From: a virus | Length of the DNA stretch: 64,000 bases | Reading direction: 5' to 3' (one strand) | IMG/VR virus record: IMGVR_UViG_3300027736_002225 | In this document: one piece after another, positions 55,156 to 64,000 of the stretch | How positions within the stretch are numbered: the first letter of the stretch is position 1 | Layout of the letters: each line of letters begins with the position of its first letter | Notes under the pieces: model-generated | Seen by the model: only the letters and a program-made list of their open reading frames with translations | Told to the model about the DNA's origin: nothing | Databases searched by the model: none | Translations under genes and position numbers: made by a program

Positions 55156-55156
55156 T

Positions 55157-56359
55157 TTAATATCTAGATTTTCTTTCAACAATAATTGCCGGACGTCCAC
55201 TATATCTAGCTTTCTTAAATGCAAGTTCTAAATCTGCACCAGTTACAGGATCATATACCGGGAAACTTACTGCGGTTCTAAGCATATTTGTAAAGTCTTG
55301 CGAGTGAGTAATTCCTGAATAGAAAGGACCGCCATCTGCAGTAACTGCTCTGATAATTACAGGAACAGTATACTCTCCATGAGAAATTCTTTCAATTTTG
55401 TCAATATGATTAACAATCGCATCCATTGCAACTAACATAAAGTCATGACGTTCAAAATATAGAACTGGAATAAATCCTTCAAATCCCATACCAATTGCCA
55501 ATCCAGCCATTAGATTTTCTGCAACAGGAGTTTCTAATTTTTGTTCATCAGATACGCCTTTCAATGTTCCCATTGCGTTACCGCCTGGAGCATTGTTAAC
55601 ATTATATCCAATAAAGATTGCGCCTTCGTTGCCCAATTCGGTCATTGCCTTAAATGCGGCATCTTTATATTTTAATTCGTCAACTGTAAATTCTGGATAT
55701 TCGATTTCCTTTAAAGGCGGGAAATATTCATCATCTGTTTTCTTAACAGCTTTTGATAAATCAATCATGCCGGGTTTTCTAGCGTGCGGGTATGTAATTT
55801 CATATTTGTATTTAATAACAGAAGGAGAATTCCAAACATAGTCTGCAGTTTTGCCCCAACGCTGATCGTTAGTTGCTTCTACTGACCGGTTGTTATTCTC
55901 AATAACAAACTTACAAGGCAAATCCCATCCATCCACATAACGAATTGCTTCATAGGTGTGTCCGTTATCTTCTGTTCCATCTCCAATAAAGCACCACACT
56001 TTTTGCGTAGATCCTTTACGTTTCAACGCCCACGCAAGACCTGCTGCAATTGCAGGCGTTCCGCCAATAATTGCAGAACAGAAAAAGTTTCTAGCTTTGT
56101 CGTAAATAAACATACTACGCCCATTGAGAATTCTATCCTCAACTACTTCTGCGGGAATACCATGCAACAACGCATGATAATGGCTTCTGTGATTAGAAAT
56201 AACATAATCGCCTTCTTTAATGTCTTTAAAGATATCAATTAGTTGTGTTTCATTACCACCAGATAGATGGAATAAAAATGGTAATTTATTATCTAAATAT
56301 AGCTCGCCAATCCTGTCCTCAAAGGCAATTAGCTCTTCCGGTGTCCAATCTCTTTTCAT
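55157..56359 (-). CDS. TPP-dependent dehydrogenase E1 alpha + beta-N fusion (transketolase-like)
   Basis: 'HLSGGNE', 'HRSHYH', 'GDGTEDNG...ENN' and 'ETPVAEN'. Confidence 0.8.
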   Translation of the reverse strand: MKRDWTPEELIAFEDRIGELYLDNKLPFLFHLSGGNETQLIDIFKDIKEGDYVISNHRSHYHALLHGIPAEVVEDRILNGRSMFIYDKARNFFCSAIIGGTPAIAAGLAWALKRKGSTQKVWCFIGDGTEDNGHTYEAIRYVDGWDLPCKFVIENNNRSVEATNDQRWGKTADYVWNSPSVIKYKYEITYPHARKPGMIDLSKAVKKTDDEYFPPLKEIEYPEFTVDELKYKDAAFKAMTELGNEGAIFIGYNVNNAPGGNAMGTLKGVSDEQKLETPVAENLMAGLAIGMGFEGFIPVLYFERHDFMLVAMDAIVNHIDKIERISHGEYTVPVIIRAVTADGGPFYSGITHSQDFTNMLRTAVSFPVYDPVTGADLELAFKKARYSGRPAIIVERKSRY

Positions 56360-57393
56360 TTAATGCTCTCCTTAAAATTAATAACAATTCTTCCAGCTTC
56401 GCCATTTCTCATTTTAGCAAAACCATCATTTATATCTTCTAAACCAATTACATCGGTTACTAGTTTGTTTGCAAGTTCAATATTATTATCGATGTGCATA
56501 ATAATATCGGCCAAATCATTCTCAGGAACAAAATTGCCACCATCTGAACTAAATATTTTTATACCATCAAATATTTTTAACGCATTGTCCAATGTTAATT
56601 TTTCGCCCGTCTTTGGTTGACCAACTAATACTAATGAGCCTTGTTTACCAAGAAGAGAAAATGCCTTGGAAATTACATCTGTATTTCCTGAAGTGTCAAT
56701 ACAATAATCCATTAGAGAAGATTCTGCAAAGAATGATGGGGCAGTTTCATATGAAAAATACTTTGCACCAAATTGTTCTACAAATGGACGCTTAACCTCA
56801 TAACGATCAACTAATGTAACATTTACATTATATAACACTTTTAGCCAGAATGCAATAGTTAATCCCAATCCACCAGCACCAGTAATTAAAATATTTGAAT
56901 TATCTTTTATTTTCAAATCATATTTTACAATACCATATGCTGTAGAAAACGCACATCCCATTAATGGATATAGATTTGTTAATTCTGTTTTATAGTCTAC
57001 AGGAGTAACTCTATTTTCGGAAACAATTGTTTTCTCTGCAAAAGTTGTTACTGGGCCCGAACCAACGAGTCCCAATTTGGAAAAATATTTGCCACCAAAA
57101 CAATCGCAACCGATACCTTTTCTCCAATGTAAAACAACATAATCACCGGGTTTTACTTTAGTAACATTGTCGCCAATTTGTTTTACTTGACCAAATCCTT
57201 CGTGGCCCATAAAATGGGGCATATACTTGTCCCATCCTTTAACCGCATCTATTTCATTTATTTGTGCGCCGCAAAGACCAGATGAGATCATTTCAACTAA
57301 TACTTGTCCTTCAGTAGGATCTTGATGTTCAAATTGCTCAATACTTAAAGGTTCAAAATGCTTGCGCATTACCGCTGCCGAAAAAGTTTTCAT
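56356..57393 (-). CDS. Zn-dependent alcohol dehydrogenase (MDR)
   Basis: 'GLCG', 'GHEG' and 'GAGGLG'. Confidence 0.88.
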   Translation of the reverse strand: MKTFSAAVMRKHFEPLSIEQFEHQDPTEGQVLVEMISSGLCGAQINEIDAVKGWDKYMPHFMGHEGFGQVKQIGDNVTKVKPGDYVVLHWRKGIGCDCFGGKYFSKLGLVGSGPVTTFAEKTIVSENRVTPVDYKTELTNLYPLMGCAFSTAYGIVKYDLKIKDNSNILITGAGGLGLTIAFWLKVLYNVNVTLVDRYEVKRPFVEQFGAKYFSYETAPSFFAESSLMDYCIDTSGNTDVISKAFSLLGKQGSLVLVGQPKTGEKLTLDNALKIFDGIKIFSSDGGNFVPENDLADIIMHIDNNIELANKLVTDVIGLEDINDGFAKMRNGEAGRIVINFKESIK

Positions 57394-58331
57394 ATAGTTT
57401 TATTTCCTTTCATTAAATCTTCCAATTTTGCTCTATATTGTATTCCCGAGGATACAAATTTTGCAGCCAATTTATTTGCATAACCAATACTTTCCTCAAA
57501 AGAATGCCCTTCTAAGAAACAAAAACTTAGAACAGCTAGTACAGAATCTCCCGCACCACTTAATTCTTTTACCTTCACTTCTTCCGCCTTTGAGTGTATT
57601 AAACCGAGCACGCTATCATAAGCGTATATTCCATCATTACCTGCAGTAATAACTATTTTTTGAATTCGTAATTTATTGCAAATTATTCTACACGCTTCTT
57701 CCATTGAAAAATCGGATGCGTATCGCAATCTAATTTTTTCAAATTCATATTTGTTTGGTTTTATAACTGTTGCTGAGGTAAAGATACTTAGATCATCTCG
57801 TTTTGTATCAACTAATACTGGGATGTTGTACATATTTGCAATCTCTATAATAGATTCTGCAACTTTCTTTGTGATAACACCTTTTTTATAATCAATCAAT
57901 AGTATATCATCAAATAAAGATATGTTATTCTTAACATATTCTATAATTTCATTCTCAGTATTTTCTAATAGTGGATGTGTAGATTCGTTGTCATATCTAA
58001 GTAAGTGTGCATTTTTATACTTAGATATCAATCTAGTTTTTACAGTAGTTTTTCTGCCTGCTTCTTTTGTAATAAAGCAGTTACTGTTAAGATGAAAGTT
58101 ATCGTTAAAAGTAGAGACCACTGAATCATAATCATTACCAACAACCGAAATAAAATTTACATTATGTCCCAATGAACATATATGTGCAGCAACATTGTAT
58201 GCGCCACCGAGCATATCTACTTCATCTTCTGTATCTAATACTAATGTCGGTGCTTCTGCAGAGATTCTTGTAGCATTACCATAAATAAACCTATCAAAAA
58301 TTAAATCACCTATAATCAAATGTCTTTTCAT
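57390..58331 (-). CDS. Heptose-7-phosphate kinase (HldE/RfaE domain I, PfkB family)
   Basis: 'RISAEAP', 'GGAYNVA', 'DYKKG', 'KPN' and 'SGAGDSV'. Confidence 0.85.
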   Translation of the reverse strand: MKRHLIIGDLIFDRFIYGNATRISAEAPTLVLDTEDEVDMLGGAYNVAAHICSLGHNVNFISVVGNDYDSVVSTFNDNFHLNSNCFITKEAGRKTTVKTRLISKYKNAHLLRYDNESTHPLLENTENEIIEYVKNNISLFDDILLIDYKKGVITKKVAESIIEIANMYNIPVLVDTKRDDLSIFTSATVIKPNKYEFEKIRLRYASDFSMEEACRIICNKLRIQKIVITAGNDGIYAYDSVLGLIHSKAEEVKVKELSGAGDSVLAVLSFCFLEGHSFEESIGYANKLAAKFVSSGIQYRAKLEDLMKGNKTI

Positions 58332-58332
58332 A

Positions 58333-59121
58333 TCAATACATTACCTCATATCCTATAACTCCCCATCGATTATTGTTCCATCTACAATTAACTTGGGTCT
58401 CAACGCATGCTTTTATGTTGTGAAAGAACAATCTAGCAGAGGTTCTATCAACAACACTATCAACCAAACATCCAACGCTACTCGGAACTACATGAATTTC
58501 TTTAGCATTATAAATTAAATCCATGTAATCAAATATATTATCTGTAGCGCCTTCTTTAATTTCAATAATATCAAGATTATTTATATTACCAGAAACAGCT
58601 ACGTTTATAGGATATCCATCGGGTTTGTTGCTACTATATCTATGGACTAACATATAGTCCCTTCCTTTATATAAGGAATCAAATAGCTTTTTAGAATTTT
58701 TAGTATTTTGTGGAATCTGGCATTTAGTATATCTTGCAGAGAATGGAACTTCTACAATTTCATACATTTGCCTATCAGAACTTATTGCAAGATTTGCGTA
58801 ATCAAGTTGTCCATTAGGAAGTTTTCTTAATAATCTAGTATATTGTATTTCCGGATCTGCCGCACTCAACATACTGCAATTATTTTTATTTGCAAAATCT
58901 TCTAGCAAATGTTTATTGCGTGTAATATCAATATCAGGGAATTCTAATAATTCAATATTACTAAATCCCTCATATAATGTTTGCATAGATTCCCTAAAGA
59001 ATTTTCTATAAGGAACATAAACAACATCGCAGACTTCTGCAAATGCGTGAACCATTCCGTTGCAAATTATATGATCACCGAGACCAGTATGAGTATGTAG
59101 TAATAATCTATCACCTGCCAT
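58333..59121 (-). CDS. Glycosyltransferase-like hypothetical protein
   Basis: 'GLGDHIICNGMV...NAKEIHVVPSSVGCLVD'. Confidence 0.55.
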   Translation of the reverse strand: MAGDRLLLHTHTGLGDHIICNGMVHAFAEVCDVVYVPYRKFFRESMQTLYEGFSNIELLEFPDIDITRNKHLLEDFANKNNCSMLSAADPEIQYTRLLRKLPNGQLDYANLAISSDRQMYEIVEVPFSARYTKCQIPQNTKNSKKLFDSLYKGRDYMLVHRYSSNKPDGYPINVAVSGNINNLDIIEIKEGATDNIFDYMDLIYNAKEIHVVPSSVGCLVDSVVDRTSARLFFHNIKACVETQVNCRWNNNRWGVIGYEVMY

Positions 59122-59125
59122 TATT

Positions 59126-59923
59126 TTATCCTTGTTTCAAGTAATCTACGTAATTGGAAACGCCTTCCTTTATTGTAGTCATACTTGATAAATTATATCC
59201 AATTTTTTCCAATGTTGTCATATCGGAAGATGTATTCTTTTGATATTGATTAACTATATCTTCAGGAAACTTTATATATTCCTTTTCACCAAATCCAATT
59301 TTTTCTAAAAGACATTGTAGTACATATTCAAAATTATTTTGTGTACCTGATCCTAAATCATATGTTCCGGGAATATAGTTATTTAAAAAGTATTCTATTA
59401 CTTTAATAAGATCCTGTACATATATAAAATCTCTATAGATTGAATCCGATCCTTCAAATATTTTTGCTTTACCTGTGTCATTAATTTGATTATACCAATG
59501 ATATATTGTACTAGCCATTCTACCTTTATGTTCCTCATGCGGGCCATATACATTAAAAAATCTTAGAACAACTGCTCTGTTATTAATATGTTCTTCACTA
59601 TCAAGTTTACTCTTAGCATAAAGATTTAATGGGCCGTTTCCATTTCCATAAATTGCTGCAGAACTTGCAAATATAAAAGGAATATTATTTTCGTTACAAT
59701 AATCAAACCATTTATTAGTGCTGTCAACATTTAATCTTGTCAATCTACCCCAATCTTTTTCCAATGTATTAGAAATTGCTCCCAAATGAACAACTCCTGT
59801 TATGTCTTTTGAATATATTGGTTCATCCTCAATATCAAGACCAACGACATTATAATTTCTTTTTACAAAATAGTCTATTGCATTTTGTCCAATAAAACCA
59901 TTTGCCCCGGTTATTACTACCAT
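59126..59923 (-). CDS. hldD: ADP-L-glycero-D-manno-heptose 6-epimerase-like
   Basis: 'GANGFIG', 'ASSAAIYG', 'PLNLYAKSK', 'RFFNVYGPHEEHKGRMAS' and 'RDFIYV'. Confidence 0.85.
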   Translation of the reverse strand: MVVITGANGFIGQNAIDYFVKRNYNVVGLDIEDEPIYSKDITGVVHLGAISNTLEKDWGRLTRLNVDSTNKWFDYCNENNIPFIFASSAAIYGNGNGPLNLYAKSKLDSEEHINNRAVVLRFFNVYGPHEEHKGRMASTIYHWYNQINDTGKAKIFEGSDSIYRDFIYVQDLIKVIEYFLNNYIPGTYDLGSGTQNNFEYVLQCLLEKIGFGEKEYIKFPEDIVNQYQKNTSSDMTTLEKIGYNLSSMTTIKEGVSNYVDYLKQG

Positions 59924-60867
59924 ACAAAATTCTCTTTATAATAATCTACCATAATTTCTAATTCATTATCAAAATTTGCATTTGGGCGCCACCCAAGAGA
60001 TTTTAATTTAGAATCATCTATTGCATATCTAACATCTTGGCCTTGTCGTTTTTCGGACAAATCCATAAAATTGCTATATGTTTCTTCGGTGCATAAGTGA
60101 AATCTATCTATAATTTTTTTGGCAATAACTATATTTTGTTCCTCATAGTTTCCAGATATGTTATAGATTTCATTTTTTGTTTCAGATTTAATTATGGTTA
60201 TAACTGCAGAAGCGGTATCAGATACATGGAGCCATGTTCTTCGCGGCATCCCGGCATCGTGCATAATAATTTTCCTACCCAAAGTCAAATGCTTAATTGC
60301 TTTTGGTATAAATTTTTCTACATATTGCCCTGTGCCATAATTATTAGTTGGTCTAAGAATGACATAAGGAACCTCATATGTTCTTGCCCATGCAAGTACT
60401 AACATATCTGCAGCTGCTTTTGTTGCAGAATATGGATTACTTGGTTTTAATAAATCTGTTTCAGAATGAGCGCCATCAACAATATCACCATATACTTCAT
60501 CCGTACTAAAATGCAATAGTGTAGGGCGTCTTGTTTTTGGGGTTGCTTTTATTAGTTCAAGTAATTTATGGACTCCATTAATATTGCTTCTAAGGAAAAC
60601 ATCTGAGCTAACAATACTATTGTCAACGTGTGTTTCGGCAGCCATATTAATGATGTAGTCGCAATCATAAATTTTTTCTAGATCATTAATATCCGAATAC
60701 AAAAATTTAAATTTTGGATATTCTAATAGTAAAGGAAGGAAGTTTTTATTGCTGGCATATGTTTTTTTATCAATACCAAAAACATAATAACCTTCATCTA
60801 AACATTTTTTAGTAACATGGTATCCCATGAATCCTAAACAACCTGTCACATAAACAATTTTTGTCAT
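59917..60867 (-). CDS. rfbB: dTDP-glucose 4,6-dehydratase
   Basis: 'AAETHVDNSI', 'STDEVYG', 'PSNPYSATKA' and 'NNYG..Q..EKFIP'. Confidence 0.9.
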   Translation of the reverse strand: MTKIVYVTGCLGFMGYHVTKKCLDEGYYVFGIDKKTYASNKNFLPLLLEYPKFKFLYSDINDLEKIYDCDYIINMAAETHVDNSIVSSDVFLRSNINGVHKLLELIKATPKTRRPTLLHFSTDEVYGDIVDGAHSETDLLKPSNPYSATKAAADMLVLAWARTYEVPYVILRPTNNYGTGQYVEKFIPKAIKHLTLGRKIIMHDAGMPRRTWLHVSDTASAVITIIKSETKNEIYNISGNYEEQNIVIAKKIIDRFHLCTEETYSNFMDLSEKRQGQDVRYAIDDSKLKSLGWRPNANFDNELEIMVDYYKENFVW

Positions 60868-61643
60868 ACATATACTTTCAACCCATGTGCTAAGCCATAT
60901 AAACGAAGAGCATGGTGCTTTTTTAAATTATCTAAAGCAGTAGAATTCCCAGTATAATCTGTATTCCCTGTTGATTCTACAATAAAATTTTTCTCTAAAT
61001 TATTTATATCACAAAAATAATCTAAAAATTCACTAAGCTTTATTTTTTCAGGATATACGCAATCTATTGTCTGATACAATGAGGTTACTGTTTGTAGATT
61101 TGACAATACAAATTTAATTATATTGTAAAAATCTTGTATTGAGATGTAATCAAATTTTCGGTCATCTATAAGTTTAAAAGGTTCTGTAGATGCAAGGAAT
61201 CTTTTTAATAACCGAGTTTCATATTCTGTATTTCCAAAACATCCAAACAATCGCAAATTAATGTATTTTGCATCTTTTCTAATAATATCATAAATTGTTC
61301 TCTTAGAGAAAGCATACGCATTGTTTGTATCTGTACCTTCTATTCCCGAACCAATATTAATATAATTTTTAAATAGATTAGAGTTAGAATGAAAATTATA
61401 AAACAAAGATAAATTTCTTGCTACGTCGTATGCGTCTTTGCTTTGTAGATTTTCTTTTCCGCCAAATGTTAGACAATTTATAACAACATCTGCTTGAACC
61501 GCAGTTAATAAATTCTTTACAGTTTCATTGTCAAATAAATCTACCTGATCTTTATAGATAGGAAGTACTTGATGTGCCGATGTTAACTCTTTAGTTAGGT
61601 AAGATCCAATAAATCCGCCTGCGCCAATAATTACAATTCTCAT
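60864..61643 (-). CDS. NAD-dependent epimerase/reductase
   Basis: 'GAGGFIG', YxxSK and 'LRLFGCFG'. Confidence 0.85.
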   Translation of the reverse strand: MRIVIIGAGGFIGSYLTKELTSAHQVLPIYKDQVDLFDNETVKNLLTAVQADVVINCLTFGGKENLQSKDAYDVARNLSLFYNFHSNSNLFKNYINIGSGIEGTDTNNAYAFSKRTIYDIIRKDAKYINLRLFGCFGNTEYETRLLKRFLASTEPFKLIDDRKFDYISIQDFYNIIKFVLSNLQTVTSLYQTIDCVYPEKIKLSEFLDYFCDINNLEKNFIVESTGNTDYTGNSTALDNLKKHHALRLYGLAHGLKVYV

Positions 61644-62380
61644 ATGTTTACAATCATTTCTTTTTTAAATTCTTCATCTGATAAAAATGGTAGCATGTCA
61701 TGAAGGCCTGCCTGTTTACCATTTTTTAATGCTTGGGCTGGTAAAATTTCTTGGTCTTCTAAACACTTACAATCTATAATAGCGGGCCCGTCAACTAATA
61801 AAAAATCTTTAAAGGAATTCAATTGAGTTTCCAATCTAACATCTTGATAATCTAGACCAAATGTAGTTGCTATATTCTTAAAAGATGGAAACCATAATCC
61901 AGTTTCAGAACTTGTTCCAAATACTCGTCCATTAAAATATTTGGATTGGGTATTTTTAATACTTAAATATCCATTATTATTCAATACAATAAATTTTATA
62001 TTAAGGTTATGTTGTTTTACAACGGCAAGTTCTTGAATATTGCTCATAAAACTACCATCGCCTGTTATGGCAATAACTTGTTGATTGCTTGACATAGCAA
62101 CACCTATTGCTGCAGGAACCACCCAGCCCATATCTGCTTGTGCTGGGCTAAAAATAAAGCGTTGTCCTTCTTTTGCATTAAGGGCAGTTGGTCCAGCATA
62201 ACTAATACTGCCAGCATCGCCCATAATAATATCAGATGCTATACTATATTTGTTTACTGCATCTAAAACTGCGTAAATATTTAATGCGTAATCATTATTA
62301 TTCGCGGCATATTCTGGCTGCATCACCGGCCATATGTTTTTCCAATGATTGCATTTATCAATCCATTCTTGCCGCGTCAT
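61640..62380 (-). CDS. Acetolactate-synthase-like TPP enzyme, C-terminal part
   Basis: 'MGWVVPAAIG...GDGSFMSNIQEL...NNNGYLSIK'. Confidence 0.85.
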   Translation of the reverse strand: MTRQEWIDKCNHWKNIWPVMQPEYAANNNDYALNIYAVLDAVNKYSIASDIIMGDAGSISYAGPTALNAKEGQRFIFSPAQADMGWVVPAAIGVAMSSNQQVIAITGDGSFMSNIQELAVVKQHNLNIKFIVLNNNGYLSIKNTQSKYFNGRVFGTSSETGLWFPSFKNIATTFGLDYQDVRLETQLNSFKDFLLVDGPAIIDCKCLEDQEILPAQALKNGKQAGLHDMLPFLSDEEFKKEMIVNI

Positions 62381-63387
62381 ATCATACCTCTAAAAAATTT
62401 TTCTAGGTTAACATTATACTTGGAATCAATATGCACAATATCTTTTTTCAACTCATTTATATCTAAATCTATTGCAATCTTATAACTAGCGGGACTAAAT
62501 TGTTTTGGATCATATCCAATAACACTGCTATTTACGCTGCTTCCAAGTATCAATAATAAGTCAGCATTCTGCATTGCAAAATTACCTGCTCGAGAACCTT
62601 TAATTCCTACGGTACCAATACTTAACGGGTGGCTATCTGCAGTATAGTCCCTTGCACCGTAAGTACTAACGTATGGGATCTGATAATTTTCAATAAAATT
62701 AACAAATTGATCCACAGTATTACTTTGTCTAATACCGTATCCAGCAAGAATAACTGGGCGCCGAGACTCTGAAATTTTTTGTTTAATCTCAGAAAAATTA
62801 GACATTAGGTTGTTTACAACCGACGGTATATACGTTGAATATTTTTCCGGCATTTCTGCCGTTTGAATATTGCTAGGAATGTCTATCCAAACGGGACCGG
62901 GTCTACCACTTGTCGCAGTATAAACTGCTTCTTGAATTTTATAAGCAACATCTTCAACACTAGTAATGAATGTTGCGGTTTTTGTCATTGATTTAAATGT
63001 ATCAATAACATTATGTTCTTGTATTCCATACTTTCGAATATTAATATTCTTTTGTTCATTTATCCAAGAACTACAAGTATCCAAACGGACATTACCACTT
63101 ATGAATAATACAGGAACAGAATCTTGCCAAGCATTTAAAACACTAGTTGCACAGTTTGTTCCTGCACACCCAGTAGTAGGATTTACTACAGATAGTTTTC
63201 CTGTAAATTTACTTTCGCCTATTGCAGAATGTCCTGCACCTTGTTCGTGATGATAACAGATATAATTTATTTTTCCATGTTTAATGAAACCATCATTAAG
63301 TCCGCTGGCGCCGCCGCCCATCAATCCATGTACTCTAGATACACCTATATTATATAAGTATTCTGCTATCCAATCACAAACTCGCAT
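62377..63387 (-). CDS. Acetolactate-synthase-like TPP enzyme, N-terminal + middle part (start revised to MRVCD)
   Basis: 'HHEQGAG', 'TTGCAGTN', 'SGRPGPVWIDIP' and 'NFAMQNADLLL'. Confidence 0.85.
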   Translation of the reverse strand: MRVCDWIAEYLYNIGVSRVHGLMGGGASGLNDGFIKHGKINYICYHHEQGAGHSAIGESKFTGKLSVVNPTTGCAGTNCATSVLNAWQDSVPVLFISGNVRLDTCSSWINEQKNINIRKYGIQEHNVIDTFKSMTKTATFITSVEDVAYKIQEAVYTATSGRPGPVWIDIPSNIQTAEMPEKYSTYIPSVVNNLMSNFSEIKQKISESRRPVILAGYGIRQSNTVDQFVNFIENYQIPYVSTYGARDYTADSHPLSIGTVGIKGSRAGNFAMQNADLLLILGSSVNSSVIGYDPKQFSPASYKIAIDLDINELKKDIVHIDSKYNVNLEKFFRGMI

Positions 63388-64000
63388 GATTTGTTGCCCA
63401 ATCATTAATACGTTTTAATGCTTCAATTATATCTTTTTTACTGGTAGCATAACAAAGGCGTAGATATCCTTTGCCATATTCCCCAAAACAATCGCCAGGT
63501 AATGTAACAACCCCGGCATCAAGTAATGCGTTGCATACCTCTTCAGAAGTTAGACCCGTCTTTGTAATATTTGGAAATACATAGAATGCGCCTCCTGGAA
63601 ACAAACACTCAAATCCCGGAATCTTATTCAATCCATCAACCAGTAAATCTCTTCTAGACTTATATTCTTCCATCATATTATAAACAGAATCTTGCGGGCC
63701 GTCAATAGCTTCTTTCCCGGCTGCTTGAATAAATGGGCTAACGCAACTACTCGTTGTTTGTAACAATGCAGCCATTCTTTCAATCACAGTACTAGGGCCT
63801 ATCATAGTTCCTAGTCTCCAACCAGTCATTGCAAATGCTTTACTAAAACCATTGCTTATAATAACGTGTTCTTTACATTCATCATATATTCCGGGACTAC
63901 TAAATGTGCTATAATTCATCCTACTATAAATTTCGTCACTATACAGATATATGTCTTTTTCTTTTGCCAATTCATATATTGCTTTAATTTCTTCAGGAGT
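63374..64000 (-). CDS. Class I/II PLP aminotransferase (5' truncated by window edge)
   Basis: 'SDEIY', 'NGFSKAFAMTGWRLG', 'GAFYVF' and 'YLRLCYA'. Confidence 0.9.
   Translation of the reverse strand, partial: TPEEIKAIYELAKEKDIYLYSDEIYSRMNYSTFSSPGIYDECKEHVIISNGFSKAFAMTGWRLGTMIGPSTVIERMAALLQTTSSCVSPFIQAAGKEAIDGPQDSVYNMMEEYKSRRDLLVDGLNKIPGFECLFPGGAFYVFPNITKTGLTSEEVCNALLDAGVVTLPGDCFGEYGKGYLRLCYATSKKDIIEALKRINDWATNHASL

Overview
This is a 64-kb segment of a large T4-like (myovirus) phage genome, almost all on the minus strand and using the standard genetic code. The host is probably a betaproteobacterium; this is inferred from the host-like IscU/ErpA, RpoZ, PBP7, phasin-like and DUF3563-like genes. 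Layout: 1-17.2 kb, giant Asn-rich virion fibre/structural genes. 17.2-24.7 kb, a late cluster of proteins with T4-type capsid-targeting N-termini, plus Dps. 24.8-32.3 kb, an array of 25 tRNAs (a 26th at 47.2 kb) covering all 20 amino acids, interleaved with rpoZ, groES, MazG-like, RNase H-like and phosphoesterase genes and four unannotated structured RNAs. 35-42 kb, gp41/gp40/uvsX/gp43. 42-47 kb, a mainly plus-strand envelope island. 48-53 kb, hsp20, iscA/iscU, regA, gp62/44/45. 53-64 kb, a sugar-nucleotide (heptose, dTDP-sugar, branched-sugar) cluster. The standout observation is a 31-codon leader ORF at the head of the tRNA operon (32219-32314) that contains all 20 amino acids in 29 distinct codons. 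It follows a T4 late promoter, and its last codons can pair with the 5' arm of the intrinsic terminator downstream. This looks like a ribosome-mediated attenuator that senses shortage of any tRNA and switches on the phage's full tRNA set. All calls are by eye; no database searches were run.
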